64,000 nt of DNA, taken from Azolla caroliniana. Taxonomy: Eukaryota; Plantae; Polypodiophyta. The DNA lies in assembly GCA_043228905.1 (NCBI GenBank), contig JBHGNT010000013.1, positions 11,098,001 to 11,162,000 on the forward strand, read 5' to 3'. The notes under the pieces are model-generated. The model did no database searches. It saw only the letters and a program-made list of their open reading frames with translations, and had not been told where the DNA came from. Shown piece after piece: positions 1 through 11,694 of this stretch (position 1 is its first letter; every line of letters begins with the position of its first letter). Position numbers and translations under genes: made by a program.

Positions 1-90
1 CCATTTAGGTACAAAATCCTATTTAAGGCTTTGAAGTCAACACACTAACTAGATTCTATGTACATGTAACTACTAAGTTACACATATGAC

Positions 91-682
91 TGACGGCAAC
101 TGGTCGTTCCTTATGCGCAAGGCTCGGCCACAACCAAGCTTAGAATGATACACAGAAAACAGGTAATAAGACGCGACACAAAGAAGAGGAAAAATTACAC
201 AAGAGGTTTACGTGGAAAAACCCCAAACTAGGGGAAAAACCACGGCAGCCCACAGGCTGCAAACTGTCACTATGTAAGAATGTACAATAGTGAGTTCACT
301 GAGGCAACGACCTTGTGCTCACAGATATTCGCCACAGGCGGCGGTTACAACAGAGGCAACGACCTCTTTCTTTCTCTCTCTCTCTCTGTACAGTTACACA
401 CTCTCTCTTCTCTTGCACCAACAAGTGAATAACAACCACACAACTAAAAGTTTTCCCTAAGTCATATTTATACTAATATGACTTTTAGGCTATTTACAAA
501 TATAGCCTCGATGGGCTCTCAGAAACATATTTACGAATATGTCTCTTCGTCCGGTTCTCACCGGGTCTGTATCATCCGGCTCTCCGTAACCGGGTACTCC
601 TCATCCGGTCTCGGCCTCGGCCGAGTTTGTTCATCGGCACTGTTCTTCTCCCTTCCCATCCGGAGGGACCTGTCTCCCAACA
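91..682 (-). mobile_element. Solo LTR of copia family A inserted in the LTR of element B
   Basis: TG...CA ends; TSD ATGAC at 86-90 and 683-687; homologous to LTRs at 12164 and 17012. Confidence 0.95.
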
Positions 683-777
683 ATGACAAATATAACTAAA
701 CTTGTTGAGCTTGATATCTGAACATGCCCCCTCAAGCTCAAGTGTTCGGCATTCGGTGTTCGGCATTGAATCCCGAC

Positions 778-3700
778 TCATGTCACTAGTTCCTCCCCCT
801 CAAGCCGTCGATGAAGGCTTGGAGTGTGAAGTGGTCGAAGGCCGAGTGCTAGTGAAAAATGGTGGAGCTTGTTTGCTCCTAAGGCATTGGTGAAGATATC
901 GGTCGTCTGTTGATTTGTGCGGATGTGGTGAAGGTTGATATCTCTGGCAATAATGCACTCCTGAGCATAGTAGTGTACCTCTATATGTTTTGTTCGGGCA
1001 TGAAACACTGGATTTCGGGCTAGTTGTAGGCTACTCTGATTGTCGCAATAGATACGTATCGGTTTGGCGACCGATTCATTGAAGTCCTTGAGTAGCCGAT
1101 TCAGCCAAATGGCTTCGTAGGTGGCTATAACCGCGTCCCTGTATTTTGCTTCGGTGTGGAATAACGCAACTGTCGGTTGCTTCTTGCTACTCCACGAGAT
1201 GGCTCCGCTTCTGAGTGAGAAGACAAAACCGGATGTTGATCGTCGATCGGATATATTGTCGGCCCAATCAACATTTATGTATCCTTTTAGACGAATAGTC
1301 GCTCATGCCTTGTAGAAGATTCCCCGATCCATGGTTCCACTAACGTATCGTAAGACTCGCTTAGCACAACGCAAATGTGTGTCGCACGGTGTTTGCATAA
1401 ACTAACTAAGGAGGCCAACCGGATAGCTCAGGTTGGGTCGAGCGATAGCTAGATAGATGAGGCTCTTGATGATTTGCCGATATTGAGTTGGTTCACATGG
1501 TGTTCTAGAGTCCATCGAGGGGAGTCGAAATTGGCTTGTGGTCAGTCATACCGAACTTGAACAAAAGGTTCATGATGTAGTGGCATCGGGAGAGCATGAT
1601 GTCATCGCCGGTTTGAATGACCTCGACTCCCAGAAAGTAATGAAGTTCGTTCATGTCTTTCACCTCGAACTTCCCGGATAGGAGCATCTTGACCTTGTTG
1701 ATGTTGGCTAGATGTTCACCACTGATCGCTAAGTCGTCGACATATATGACGATGAAGATCAGACCATTGGAGTTGCTTCAAATAAACAATGAATTGTTAG
1801 ACTTAGACATTCGAAAGCCGATTCGGTGCAGAGACTGCGTTATTTTTTAATGTCAAGCCCTTGGCACTTGCTTGAGGCCATAGAGGGGCTTCTTGAGTCT
1901 ACACACGACATTCGGATGTGAATTCGACTTGTACCTGGGTGGTTGTACCATGTACACCTCCTCCTCTAGCACACCTTGGAGGAACGCATTTTTTGCATCC
2001 ATTTGGTGGAGGTGCCATCCTTTTGCCGCCTCTCGAGTGCTAGATGTGTCCAAATTGTGGCCATCTTTGCCACCAAGGCAAAAGGTTTCTTCGTAGTCAA
2101 TGCCATGGGTTTGAGCATACCCCTTAGCGACAAGCTAAGCTTTGTATCGGTTGATGGAGCCATCAACATTGTGCTTGATCTTGTATATCCATTGGCAACT
2201 AATTGTCTTCTTGTGCGGTGAAGGTGCTACAAGATCCTAAGTCTCGTTGTCGACTACTACTTTCATTTCTTCGTCCATGGCTTTAATCCATCGAGGTTCA
2301 TGAGCCGCTTCCGAAAAACTTTCAAGATCTTGTTCGGCTGCTACCTTCATCATGAAGGCATAGTGGTGTGCCATATACTCATTGTAGCCGAATCGAGTAA
2401 CCGGATTCTTCTCTCAGGACAAGCGTCAAAGTTTTTCATTCGTAGATGCCAACGCCTTCTTTACGCCGGGGTCTGCATAATGGGCACACCGAAGTCATTG
2501 TCTAGTGAGTTAGCCGACTCATCTAAATCACTTTCGTCAGGGCGATCGACATCATATTCGAGCATCTTACCTTTACCCTTGTCTGATCTGACCCCTGGTC
2601 GAGATATGCTTTCGGTGCTGGAAGGCTCATGTGGTTCGCTCATCAAGGTTGAGCATGGACTTTCTCTTGGTACAAGCTGTGGTCGAATGTTGTCATCCGA
2701 GTTTCCAACTCTTCCTCAGTTGGTTTAGATGGAGCCAAATTGGACTCATACCATGATGCCGATTCGTCAAAGATAACATCCCGACTTACCCGAACCACAC
2801 GAGTAGAATGGTTGAAACACTTGTACCCCGTTTGTTCGGATGAATATCCCATGAGAATGCATTTTTCCGACTTCGGGTCGAGCTTCTGTTATTTTTCGTT
2901 CGGGATGTGGACATACGCAATACTTCCAAATAGTCATATATGTGACAAAGTCGGCTTCTTTCCAGTATACAGCTCGTATGGAGTTAGTTCGTATGCTCCA
3001 GTAGTTGTGCATCAATTCATAATGTAGATGGCCATGGATGTCGCTTCCACCCAATAGTATTTTGACATGTGCTTCTCATGCAACATGACATGTGCTACCT
3101 CAAGTATGTGCCGATTCTTTATTTCGGCTACACCATTTTGTTGGGGTGTGTGTCGGCATGAAAATTCTCTCTGTATGCCTTCACCTTGGAGATAGGAGAT
3201 GAATTCATTGGAAAAGTACTCATTTCCTCCATTCGATCGTAGGCATCGAATATGCCGACCCATTTCGTTCTCCACTTGTCTCTTGAGCTTTTGGAAGTGG
3301 GAGAACAATTCACACTTCTTCTTCATCAAGAAGATCCATGTGTAGTGGGAGTAGTCGTCGATGAAGGTGATGTAGTACCGACATCCTCTGATGGTTGGTA
3401 TTTGAGTTGGTCCCCATACATCCGAGTGGATCACGTCGAGGAGGCCTTTGCTTACATGGATCTCCTTTGGAAAGGGAAGTCGGTGTTGTTTGTCGAGCTG
3501 ACAAGCTTCATGTACTCAGTCGACTTGTTTTGACTCAGAGGTTAGAAGTCCAATAACGACTCCCATCGACTGCATAGCTCAGAGTCATTGGAGGTTGATG
3601 TGGCTGATTATCTTGTGCCACAACTCGAGATTTGATTCAACCTTGAGACCATTTGCATACATGGTCGATTTTACCTCGTCCAAGTCAAGAATAAACATTC

Positions 3701-3840
3701 GGCCTTCTCTTCATCCTCTGGTTACGAGTCCTCCATTTTTTTCAATGAAGCAGCCACCGTCGTTGAAGCAAACCTGCATGCCCTGCTCCACGATTTGGCC
3801 AACTGAGACCGAATTCATCGTTATTGTTGGTATGTGCAAC
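778..3840 (-). pseudogene. Degenerate copia pol (pre-integrase, INT, RT, RNase H) of element B
   Basis: Fragmented ORFs 778-1008, 1505-1687, 1853-2053, 2643-2852, 3012-3434 with copia motifs; many stops and frameshifts. Confidence 0.9.
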
Positions 3841-5930
3841 AAACCGGAGGCACATACTCGACATGCCATTCAGATACCGGAGTATCCATTTGACCGTGTT
3901 CCAATGCTCTCTTCCGGGATTGCTCATGAACCGGCTTACCACTCCGACTGCATATCCGATATCCGGCCGGGTACATACCATCGCGTACATCAAGCTTCCG
4001 ACGGCAGATGCCTATGGTATCTTCATCATATCCATCTTCTCCGCCTTTGTCCTCAGACTTTGTTTACCAGATAGCTAGTAGTTTGCCAGAAGTGTCGATC
4101 CGCCGGCTTCGCCTCCGACATGTTGAACCGTTGAAGCACCTTTGTCACGTACTTCTCCTGTGACAACCACAACAGCTTCTTCGATCGATACCGGATGATG
4201 TGCATTCCCAATATCTGTCTTTCCGGACCCAAGTCTTTCATTGAGAAGTATCTGAATCTTGCCTTCTTCAGCATCCGAATCTTGCCTTGGTCTCGTCTGA
4301 CAATAAACATATCATCCACATATAGGAGGAGTATCAGGAAATCTCCTCTGTCAAATTTCTTTACAAACATGCAGTGATCGGCTTGCGTCATGTGGTACCC
4401 TTGGTCGGTCATGACAGAGTCGAACTTCCAGTACCATTCCTGAGGAGCTTGCTTCAATCTGTACAAGCTCTTCTTCAGCCGGCACACCAGGTGCTCCTTC
4501 CCTTTCTTCTCAAAACCTTCTGGTTGATGCATGTAGATCTCTTCTTCGAGGTCGCCATGTAGGAATGCCATCTTGACGTCTAGTTGCTCTACCTCGAGGT
4601 CCATGCTTGCTCCTATGCTCAATACCGTCTAGATGGATTTTTTCTTTAGTACCGGGGCAAAGATCTCATCGAAGTCCACTCCTTTCTTAAACTAGAAGCC
4701 CTTCACCACGATTCGGGCTTTGTACCTTGGTGGATTTCTAGTGTCTCCCGGTTTCAGCTTGTACACCCACTTGTTCCGGAGTGCTCTCTTCCCTTTCAAC
4801 AACTCCGTCAGTTCGTATGTGTGGTTCTCATGCAGGGAATCCATCTTGTCCTACATGCAACTCAACCACTTGCGGTAGTGGGTGTCTCTCTTTGCTTCTT
4901 CGAAGATTTCTGGCTCCCCCTCATCGGTTAGCAACACATGCTTTGCATCCGGAAATCTCCGGGGGGGTCTTCTCTCTCGGAGAGGATATCTCCGTCCTTG
5001 GCTTTTGACTACCAGCTCCTCTGTTTGTTCCAAATCTGAATCCGATTCGAGATCTTGTCTTGTTCCAGTGTCTTCATCATCTTCTTCTTCTTCGGTCGGT
5101 TTGGTTTCTTGTCCGAATCCAGTCGGTTCGTCGAGTGTCATCCGGTTGCCGGCCACCTCCGGTTTTCAACCGAGTAGGTCCTTGTGTCCTCAAACCGGTT
5201 TTCATTGGATGATCCGGGGTTGATCATCTTCTTCTCTGACTCCTAGTTGGCAATGGTCATGTCTTCCATGAAGACTATGTCCTGACTCCAGAACACCATC
5301 TTGTCGACCACATCCCACACCCGGTAATCGAACTCGTCATCGCCGTATCCAAGGAATATGCATGGTCAGGACTTCGGATCCAGCTTTGTTCTCTTGTCCC
5401 TCGCCACATGCACGTATGCGAGACACCCGAACACCTTTAGATGCCGATAAGATACATCTTTACCGGTCCATACTTTCTGAGGTGAGTCTCCTCCCAAGGG
5501 TACTGAGGGTGATCTGTTTATCACATAGGTTGTTGTCGTCAGCGCCTCAACCCAAAACGTCTTGGGTAACTTGGCATGTGTGAGCATGCTCCGGACTCTC
5601 TCCATTATGGTCTGGTTCATCCTTTTAGCTAGCCCGTTTAGTTCTGGCATCTTCGGCACTGTAAATTCAAGCCGGATTCCCTTCAACTGGCAATACTCCT
5701 CGAACTGCCCCCGGTATTCTCCTTTGTTATCTGCTCAAACCGCATTCAGCTTTCGGCCGGTTTCTCCTTCCACTTTCGTGTGGAGCTCCTCGAAGACAAA
5801 TAAACCTTGATCCTTCGTCTTCAATGGTGAGACCCACAACTTCTGGCTGTGGTCATCTATGAACGTCACGAAGTACTACGATCCGGCATGTGACTTCGTG
5901 TCCACTTGACACACATCGGTATGCACCAGC
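3841..5930 (-). pseudogene. A1 integrase-RT fragment
   Basis: ORFs 4053-4622 (QLDVKMAFLHGDL, LLYVDDM) and 5366-5686 (PELNGLAKRMN). Confidence 0.9.
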
Positions 5931-6063
5931 TGTCAGGAACTCTATTAAGGCAGAGAAGGAATTAGTACTAAAAGAAGGATTAGTACTATTGTTGGGGAAT
6001 AGTACTAAGACAGAGAAGGATTAGTACTATGAGAGGTGTCGAACTTTGAGAGAAGGAATGAGT

Positions 6064-6103
<40 letters not shown>

Positions 6104-6393
6104 TGATGCGAAAGATATATGTATTATATGAAGGAAGATATACAACAGTAGTTAGAAGGCTTAAGACTGGCGTTGAACCGATTTGGTTCGAACTAATGCC
6201 TTGCGCCTCCTTTTATAGTGTCTTCAGGAATACTCCTGAAGTTTCTAGAATGTTCCAGAGAAATCTGGAATATACATCAATTTCCCAATAAAACCTAAAT
6301 GAAAATAATATCCTTCAAATTACAATTCATAACCTAATGGTAAAGTCTCGACCCGTGTAACAAAAGGTTATGGGTTCGAGTCTAGTTATGACA
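5931..6393 (-). repeat. G1 3' LTR
   Basis: TGTCA...TGACA; direct repeat of 11236-11694; contains a (GA)n tract. Confidence 0.96.
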
Positions 6394-8490
6394 CTATCCC
6401 CCCTTTAAAACGACGAGTTCCACGAGTCGTTTTGGATTGAGGACCCGGTTTCTCGGGGTATCGTCGATGGAAGTCTTCTAGAAGAGCACGAGCATTGGTC
6501 ACATTCTCGATCGGTTCCCAAGTACGCTCGCTGGGACTATATCCTAGCCAATCGACTAGATAGTAGAGCTTGTTGCGAACAATCTTGGAATCGAGGATGG
6601 CAGCGACCTCATACTCAGGTCCATCTTCGAGCTCGATAGGAGGTGGTGGTTGTATAGTACGTCCTGGGATAGTGCTCTTGTGATAGGGTTCGAGGAGAGA
6701 ACTATGAAACACCGGATGTATCCGAAGTTGCGGAGGTAGCTCGAGACGAAAAGCGACATCATTAATCTTCCCGATAATACGGAAAGGACCTAATCGCCGA
6801 TAATCCAACTTCTCACATGGGCGAGTAGTCTTGATGTGTCGTCGTAGCAGCCACACCCGATCTCCAATGTTAAAACTGGATGGAAGTCGATGACGATCTG
6901 CGTAGTCCTTGTGTGATTGTTGAGCTTGCTGGAGTTGAGTAGATAAATCCGCTTGTATCTTGCGTAACCGCTCCAAACGATCCTCCGCGCAAGGATTTGT
7001 GGACACTTCTGGGGTTTCAAGGACACACCACCGGGGATGATATCCTGTATAAGCGTAGAATGGCGTGACTTTAGTCGATGCGTGGATAGCGTTATTATAG
7101 GCAAATTCGGCGAACTGAAGAATATCTGCCCAGTCATTCTGATGATAGTTGAGAAAGCACCGCAGATACTGCTCCAGTGTTTGATTTGTTCGTTCGGCTT
7201 GACCGTCGGTTTGTGGGTGGTAGCCGGAGGAGAGGTTACAAGTGACCTTCAGCATTTTAAAAAGGTGCTTCCAGAATTTTGACACAAACTGGGGTCCACG
7301 ATCGCTGATGATATTATCAGGGAGTCCATGATGCCGACATACTTCCCGCATGACAATTTCGGCGGTGTCTTCACTAGATATTTCTTTAGTACATGGTAAG
7401 AAATGAGCCATCTTCGTATATCGATCCACCACTGTGAGAATCGCACTGAATCCCTTAGAGACTGGAAGATCTGTAATGAAGTCAAGAGCAATGGATTGCC
7501 ATGGCTTGCTTGGAATTGGTAATGGTTCTAATAAACCATATGGATGATGTCTTGGCATTTTCGCTCTGCAGCATGTATCGCAAGTCCGAACAAAATCTTC
7601 GACAAATTGTCGCATACGGGGCCACCAGAATGATCGTTGTACTAAATCTAATGTTTTAGTACTACCAAAATGTCCTGCTGTATATGTGTCATGGCAGTTT
7701 TGTACTACTCGAAGGCGGCAAGAACCATTAGGAACATACAAAAGTTCTTTAAAGAAGAGTAATCCATCACAGTATTTGAATTGCCGATAATCCGTACCTG
7801 GTGATTGTGATTGTGAACATGACGCTCGAGAGGGGTCAATTTGTGCTAGTATAGCTTGGGCGAAAGCGTCAGTCTTCAAGTCCTCACGTATAGTATTGGT
7901 AATGTCGGAATCCACGGGCATGTCAAAGACCTGTGCTGCTTGCAGTCGTGCTGGACCCAAGATTACTTGCTTCTGGTTATCGAAGGCTGGCTCACCGGGA
8001 CGTGGTGTTAGATACGAACGCCGTGATAATGCATCTGCCTTCCCTTGGTGCTTCCCCGGACGATATGTAATTTTGAAGTCGAAGCGTGTGAGGAAGTGGG
8101 CCCACCGAGCTTGACGTCGATTCAGTACACGAGCATCTTGAAAGTAGGCAAGGTTCTTGTGGTCACTGAATACAGTGACCTGATGAGGAGATCCCTCCAG
8201 GAAATGCCTCCATTGCATAAAAGAATCAACTATTGCTAATAGCTCTTTATCATGAATTTCGTAGTTGATTTCGGCGGCGTCAAACTTACGGGAGTGGAAA
8301 GCCACAGGATGTAGCTTCTCGTCGTTACCCTGTTGTGACAGAATGCTCCCCAATGCGAAATCCGATGCGTCAGCTTCGATAATGAATGGTTTTTCCGGAT
8401 CCACATGACCTAAAATTGGAGCTGATGTAAACGCCTTCTTAAGACTCTCGAAAGCCATGTCCGTCTCTTTAGACCAAATGAATGATTGTC
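6386..8490 (-). CDS. pol: G1 Pol C-terminal part: RNase H, integrase, chromodomain
   Basis: DASDFALG, NYEIHDKELLAIV, HHCC finger, SDRGPQF, YHPQTDGQAE, GPF motif, chromodomain EYEVAAILD...YLVDWLGY...TWEP. Confidence 0.92.
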
Positions 8491-9983
8491 CCTTTCCTGG
8501 TGAGCTGTGTGAGAGGCAGCACAATTTTTGAGTAATTTTGTATGAACTTCCGGTAAAAATTTGCAAAGCCTAGGAAGCATTGCACATCCCGCACCGAACG
8601 CGGAGTGTGCCATTCTATCACCGTTTTGACCTTGGCTGGGTCCATGGATATGCCTTCTGAGGAGATGACATAACCGAGAAATTCCACTTGGTTGCACCCG
8701 AAACTACATTTCTCTAACTTTGCATACAGACCATGTTCTCGAAGTCGTTTTAGTACTAATAGTACATGAGAATCATGTTCTTCTTGGGTCTTTGAATAAA
8801 CCAGTAGATCATCCAAATAGATGATCAAAAAATCATCCAAGAGATCTCGAAATATATCATTCGCCATGTGCTGGAAGACTGTCGGCGCATTAGTGAGTCC
8901 GAACGGCATGACCGTATACTCGAAGTGCCCATATCTGGTGCGAAACGTGGTCTTCCATTCATCTCCTGGTCGGATCTGTACGAGGTTATAGGCTCCTCGT
9001 AAGTCGATCTTCGTGAAGAACCTGGCACCGTTGATCCGTTCTAAAAGACTTGAGATAAGGGGAAGAGCATACCTATTTCTTACTGTGACCTTATTCAAGC
9101 CACGGTAATCTACAACGAGTCGAAGCGAGCCATCTTTTTTCTTGACGAAGAAAATGGGTGCGCCGGCTGGAGATTTCGAATGCCGAATGAAACCGTTCTC
9201 CAAATTCTCCTCTATATAGGCTCGAAGGACTTCTAGCTCGGTTGGTGACAAATTGTAGATCGGCCCCCATGGCGGCTCTTTTCCCGGTTGTAAGTCGATG
9301 GCGCAATCGTACGGCCGATGATGAGGAAGTGTGTTGGCTTGTACTTTATCGAACACATCAGCATACTGACGATACTTCTCGGGAAGTTGAACGGTGGACT
9401 CCTCTTTGGTGGTGCTGGAGGGTTGTACTGATATTGCGAAGAGAAACATTTCCTCCTTGCGCCCTTCCTCACGCAACTGACGTAGCGAAATGGTTGCAAC
9501 CTTCTGGGTAGATCCTTGGGTTTGTCGCAACCGGATTTCCCTTGTCCTCCAATCTATGTCTGGGTTATGTAACTCGAACCATGGTAATCCTAAAACTATG
9601 GGATGTTCTGGAATACTAATAATATTAAATGATACTACACATGTTAAGTTATCTAGGACAATATTAACGGGTTCCGACTCTTCTATGATATTACCAGAAG
9701 CAATGGGACGACCATCAATGACTATTACTGAGGCTGGACATGGGAGCTTTCTGAGAGATATCTGATGAGCTCGGGCAAAATTCCTATCCATGAAGCAAGA
9801 ATTAGCTCCGGAATCTAGAAGGGCTAAGGTATGTACTGGAGGGGTACTTTTAGTACTAACTGCTACTTGGGCTACGAACACATCACTAACTTGCTTAGAG
9901 GGAATGGAACCACTAATGGGCTGCACAGATCTAGGGCTGTCCAACCAAACGGCTCCTATTTTGGCTGGACTTAGTCGTTTAAC
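8469..9983 (-). CDS. pol: G1 Pol N-terminal part: protease and RT (-1 frame to gag; 1-bp indel near 8490 separates it from RH-INT)
   Basis: LLDSGA protease, YLDD RT; frame open upstream of 9944 through the gag overlap. Confidence 0.92.
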   Translation of the reverse strand, partial: VKRLSPAKIGAVWLDSPRSVQPISGSIPSKQVSDVFVAQVAVSTKSTPPVHTLALLDSGANSCFMDRNFARAHQISLRKLPCPASVIVIDGRPIASGNIIEESEPVNIVLDNLTCVVSFNIISIPEHPIVLGLPWFELHNPDIDWRTREIRLRQTQGSTQKVATISLRQLREEGRKEEMFLFAISVQPSSTTKEESTVQLPEKYRQYADVFDKVQANTLPHHRPYDCAIDLQPGKEPPWGPIYNLSPTELEVLRAYIEENLENGFIRHSKSPAGAPIFFVKKKDGSLRLVVDYRGLNKVTVRNRYALPLISSLLERINGARFFTKIDLRGAYNLVQIRPGDEWKTTFRTRYGHFEYTVMPFGLTNAPTVFQHMANDIFRDLLDDFLIIYLDDLLVYSKTQEEHDSHVLLVLKRLREHGLYAKLEKCSFGCNQVEFLGYVISSEGISMDPAKVKTVIEWHTPRSVRDVQCFLGFANFYRKFIQNYSKIVLPLTQLTRKGTIIHLV

Positions 9984-11134
9984 TCTTCTTCTAATTGGCT
10001 AAGGACATCAAATTTGTTTGCGAGATTCGGACTACTATTAGGACTATTATGACTATGAGGACTATCAGAGATTCCTACTGAAATAGACTCGGGTTTAGTA
10101 TAGTCAGAACTAACAACGACTTGGTTTACCTGCCTTCTTGGTCTATGGGGACAGTTTATCGCGATATGCCCTGGTCCACCGCAATAAAGGCATAATCGGT
10201 TTGTTCGGCGTCGTTGCTTTTCCTCCTCCGATAGCGGCCCACGACGACGTGTAGTGTCAATTTCCATTGGAGTTGGAGTACTTACTGGAGGCGCATTATG
10301 TGACTCCCTTTGAAAAGGTTTCGCTACCACTGAGGCATAGGTAGGCTCGGATCTTGCCCTCGGCATCTGAAATTGTCGTTCCGAACGTCGCTCGAAGAGG
10401 CGGTATTCACATCTGACCGCTCGACTGATTGCTTCTGTTAATGATTTTGGCTCTTCAGGGAAAGTCAAGAGTAAATCCTTGACATTGTTGCGTAGACCAT
10501 AGCGGAACTGCTCCATCAATGCTTGATCATCCCAGGGGATATCGGCGGCGAGTAGACGGAAATCTGCAGCATATGCGGAGGCTGGACGGTCACCTTGGCG
10601 TAATCGCCGGATTTTGTTGATTGCAGTCCTTATGCTGTCAGTATCTCCAAAACATGCTTTAAACTCACTTATGAATTCTTCAAAATTATTTAGTACTGGA
10701 GATTCCTTTTCTAGTAGCGGAGCGAACCATGCTAATGCTGAGCCATTTAACAACGTGCCTACTAAACCCACTCGTGATGCATCGGTGGGATATCGGGACG
10801 GATGCATTTGAATAACTAACCGTACCTGGTTAAGAAACCCTCTAAACTGCGATCGCGTTCCATCGAACTTCGTGGGAAGGCCAATCTTGGGTTCTTTATG
10901 AATCCCTTGTGCTCCGTGCCCTTGTTGTTGCATTGCTACGATGGTTGCTTCGAGTTGTTGCACGCGTAACGCAAGTTCCCCATGCTGTTGTTGCGTTTGC
11001 TGCTTTTCTAAGGAAATTTGCTGAAGATCCCCCAACAAGCGTTGATTTTCTTGTTCCAAAGCATGAAACTTCTCTTTCAAGCATTGAAATTCCGAGAAAA
11101 CGGATTGATACTCTTCAGCGCTAACGGTGGCCAT
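9971..11134 (-). CDS. gag: G1 Gag (PEG10/sushi-like capsid, N-terminal coiled coil, CCHC knuckle)
   Basis: Intact 387-aa ORF; PTKFDGTR, LRQG, PTPMEID, CLYCGGPGHIAINC. Confidence 0.95.
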   Translation of the reverse strand: MATVSAEEYQSVFSEFQCLKEKFHALEQENQRLLGDLQQISLEKQQTQQQHGELALRVQQLEATIVAMQQQGHGAQGIHKEPKIGLPTKFDGTRSQFRGFLNQVRLVIQMHPSRYPTDASRVGLVGTLLNGSALAWFAPLLEKESPVLNNFEEFISEFKACFGDTDSIRTAINKIRRLRQGDRPASAYAADFRLLAADIPWDDQALMEQFRYGLRNNVKDLLLTFPEEPKSLTEAISRAVRCEYRLFERRSERQFQMPRARSEPTYASVVAKPFQRESHNAPPVSTPTPMEIDTTRRRGPLSEEEKQRRRTNRLCLYCGGPGHIAINCPHRPRRQVNQVVVSSDYTKPESISVGISDSPHSHNSPNSSPNLANKFDVLSQLEEELND

Positions 11135-11221
11135 GGGATGAAGGAAAAGGGAAATAAGAGACTAGTAGGAAAGGAGGGAGACAGAAGGAAGAGGGAGAGA
11201 AAAGACCAGACAGGCACCCAA

Positions 11222-11233
11222 AAATCGGTTCAA
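11222..11233 (-). promoter_or_regulatory. G1 non-tRNA primer-binding site (self-priming type)
   Basis: TTGAACCGATTT 2 nt after the 5' LTR; no TGG; complementary to the LTR segment 11474-11485. Confidence 0.85.
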
Positions 11234-11235
11234 AC

Positions 11236-11368
11236 TGTCAGGAACTCTATTAAGGCAGAGAAGGAATTAGTACTAAAAGAAGGATTAGTACTATTGTTGG
11301 GGAATAGTACTAAGACAGAGAAGGATTAGTACTATGAGAGGTGTCGAACTTTGAGAGAAGGAATGAGT

Positions 11369-11404
<36 letters not shown>

Positions 11405-11694
11405 TGATGCGAAAGATATATGTATTATATGAAGGAAGATATACAACAGTAGTTAGAAGGCTTAAGACTGGCGTTGAACCGATTTGGTTCGAACTAATGC
11501 CTTGCGCCTCCTTTTATAGTGTCTTCAGGAATACTCCTGAAGTTTCTAGAATGTTCCAGAGAAATTTGGAATATACATCAATTTCCCAATAAAACCTAAA
11601 TGAAAATAATATCCTTCAAATTACAATTCATAACCTAATGGTAAAGTCTCGACCCGTGTAACAAAAGGTTATGGGTTCGAGTCTAGTTATGACA
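11236..11694 (-). repeat. G1 5' LTR (TATAAAA at 11518-11512)
   Basis: Direct repeat of 5931-6393; visible differences are GA-repeat length and one substitution. Confidence 0.96.

Larger units (their letters stand above)
1..3840 (-). mobile_element. Ty1/copia element B, 3' portion (3' LTR <1-724, PPT, degenerate pol), 5'-truncated
   Basis: LTR terminus ...GAACA at 724 next to PPT (minus AGCTTGAGGGGGCA); RNase H (FHARTKHIEVHY), RT ([13 protein letters not shown]) and integrase (HSDVWGP, TPQQNGVAE) fragments in copia order. Confidence 0.9.
5931..11694 (-). mobile_element. Ty3/gypsy chromovirus G1 (Tcn1/Tf1-sushi-like), full length, very young
   Basis: Near-identical LTRs 5931-6393 and 11236-11694; TSD CCAGC at 5926-5930 and 11695-11699; gag, PR-RT-RH-INT-chromodomain; PPT AAAGGGGGGATAG. 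Confidence 0.97.
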
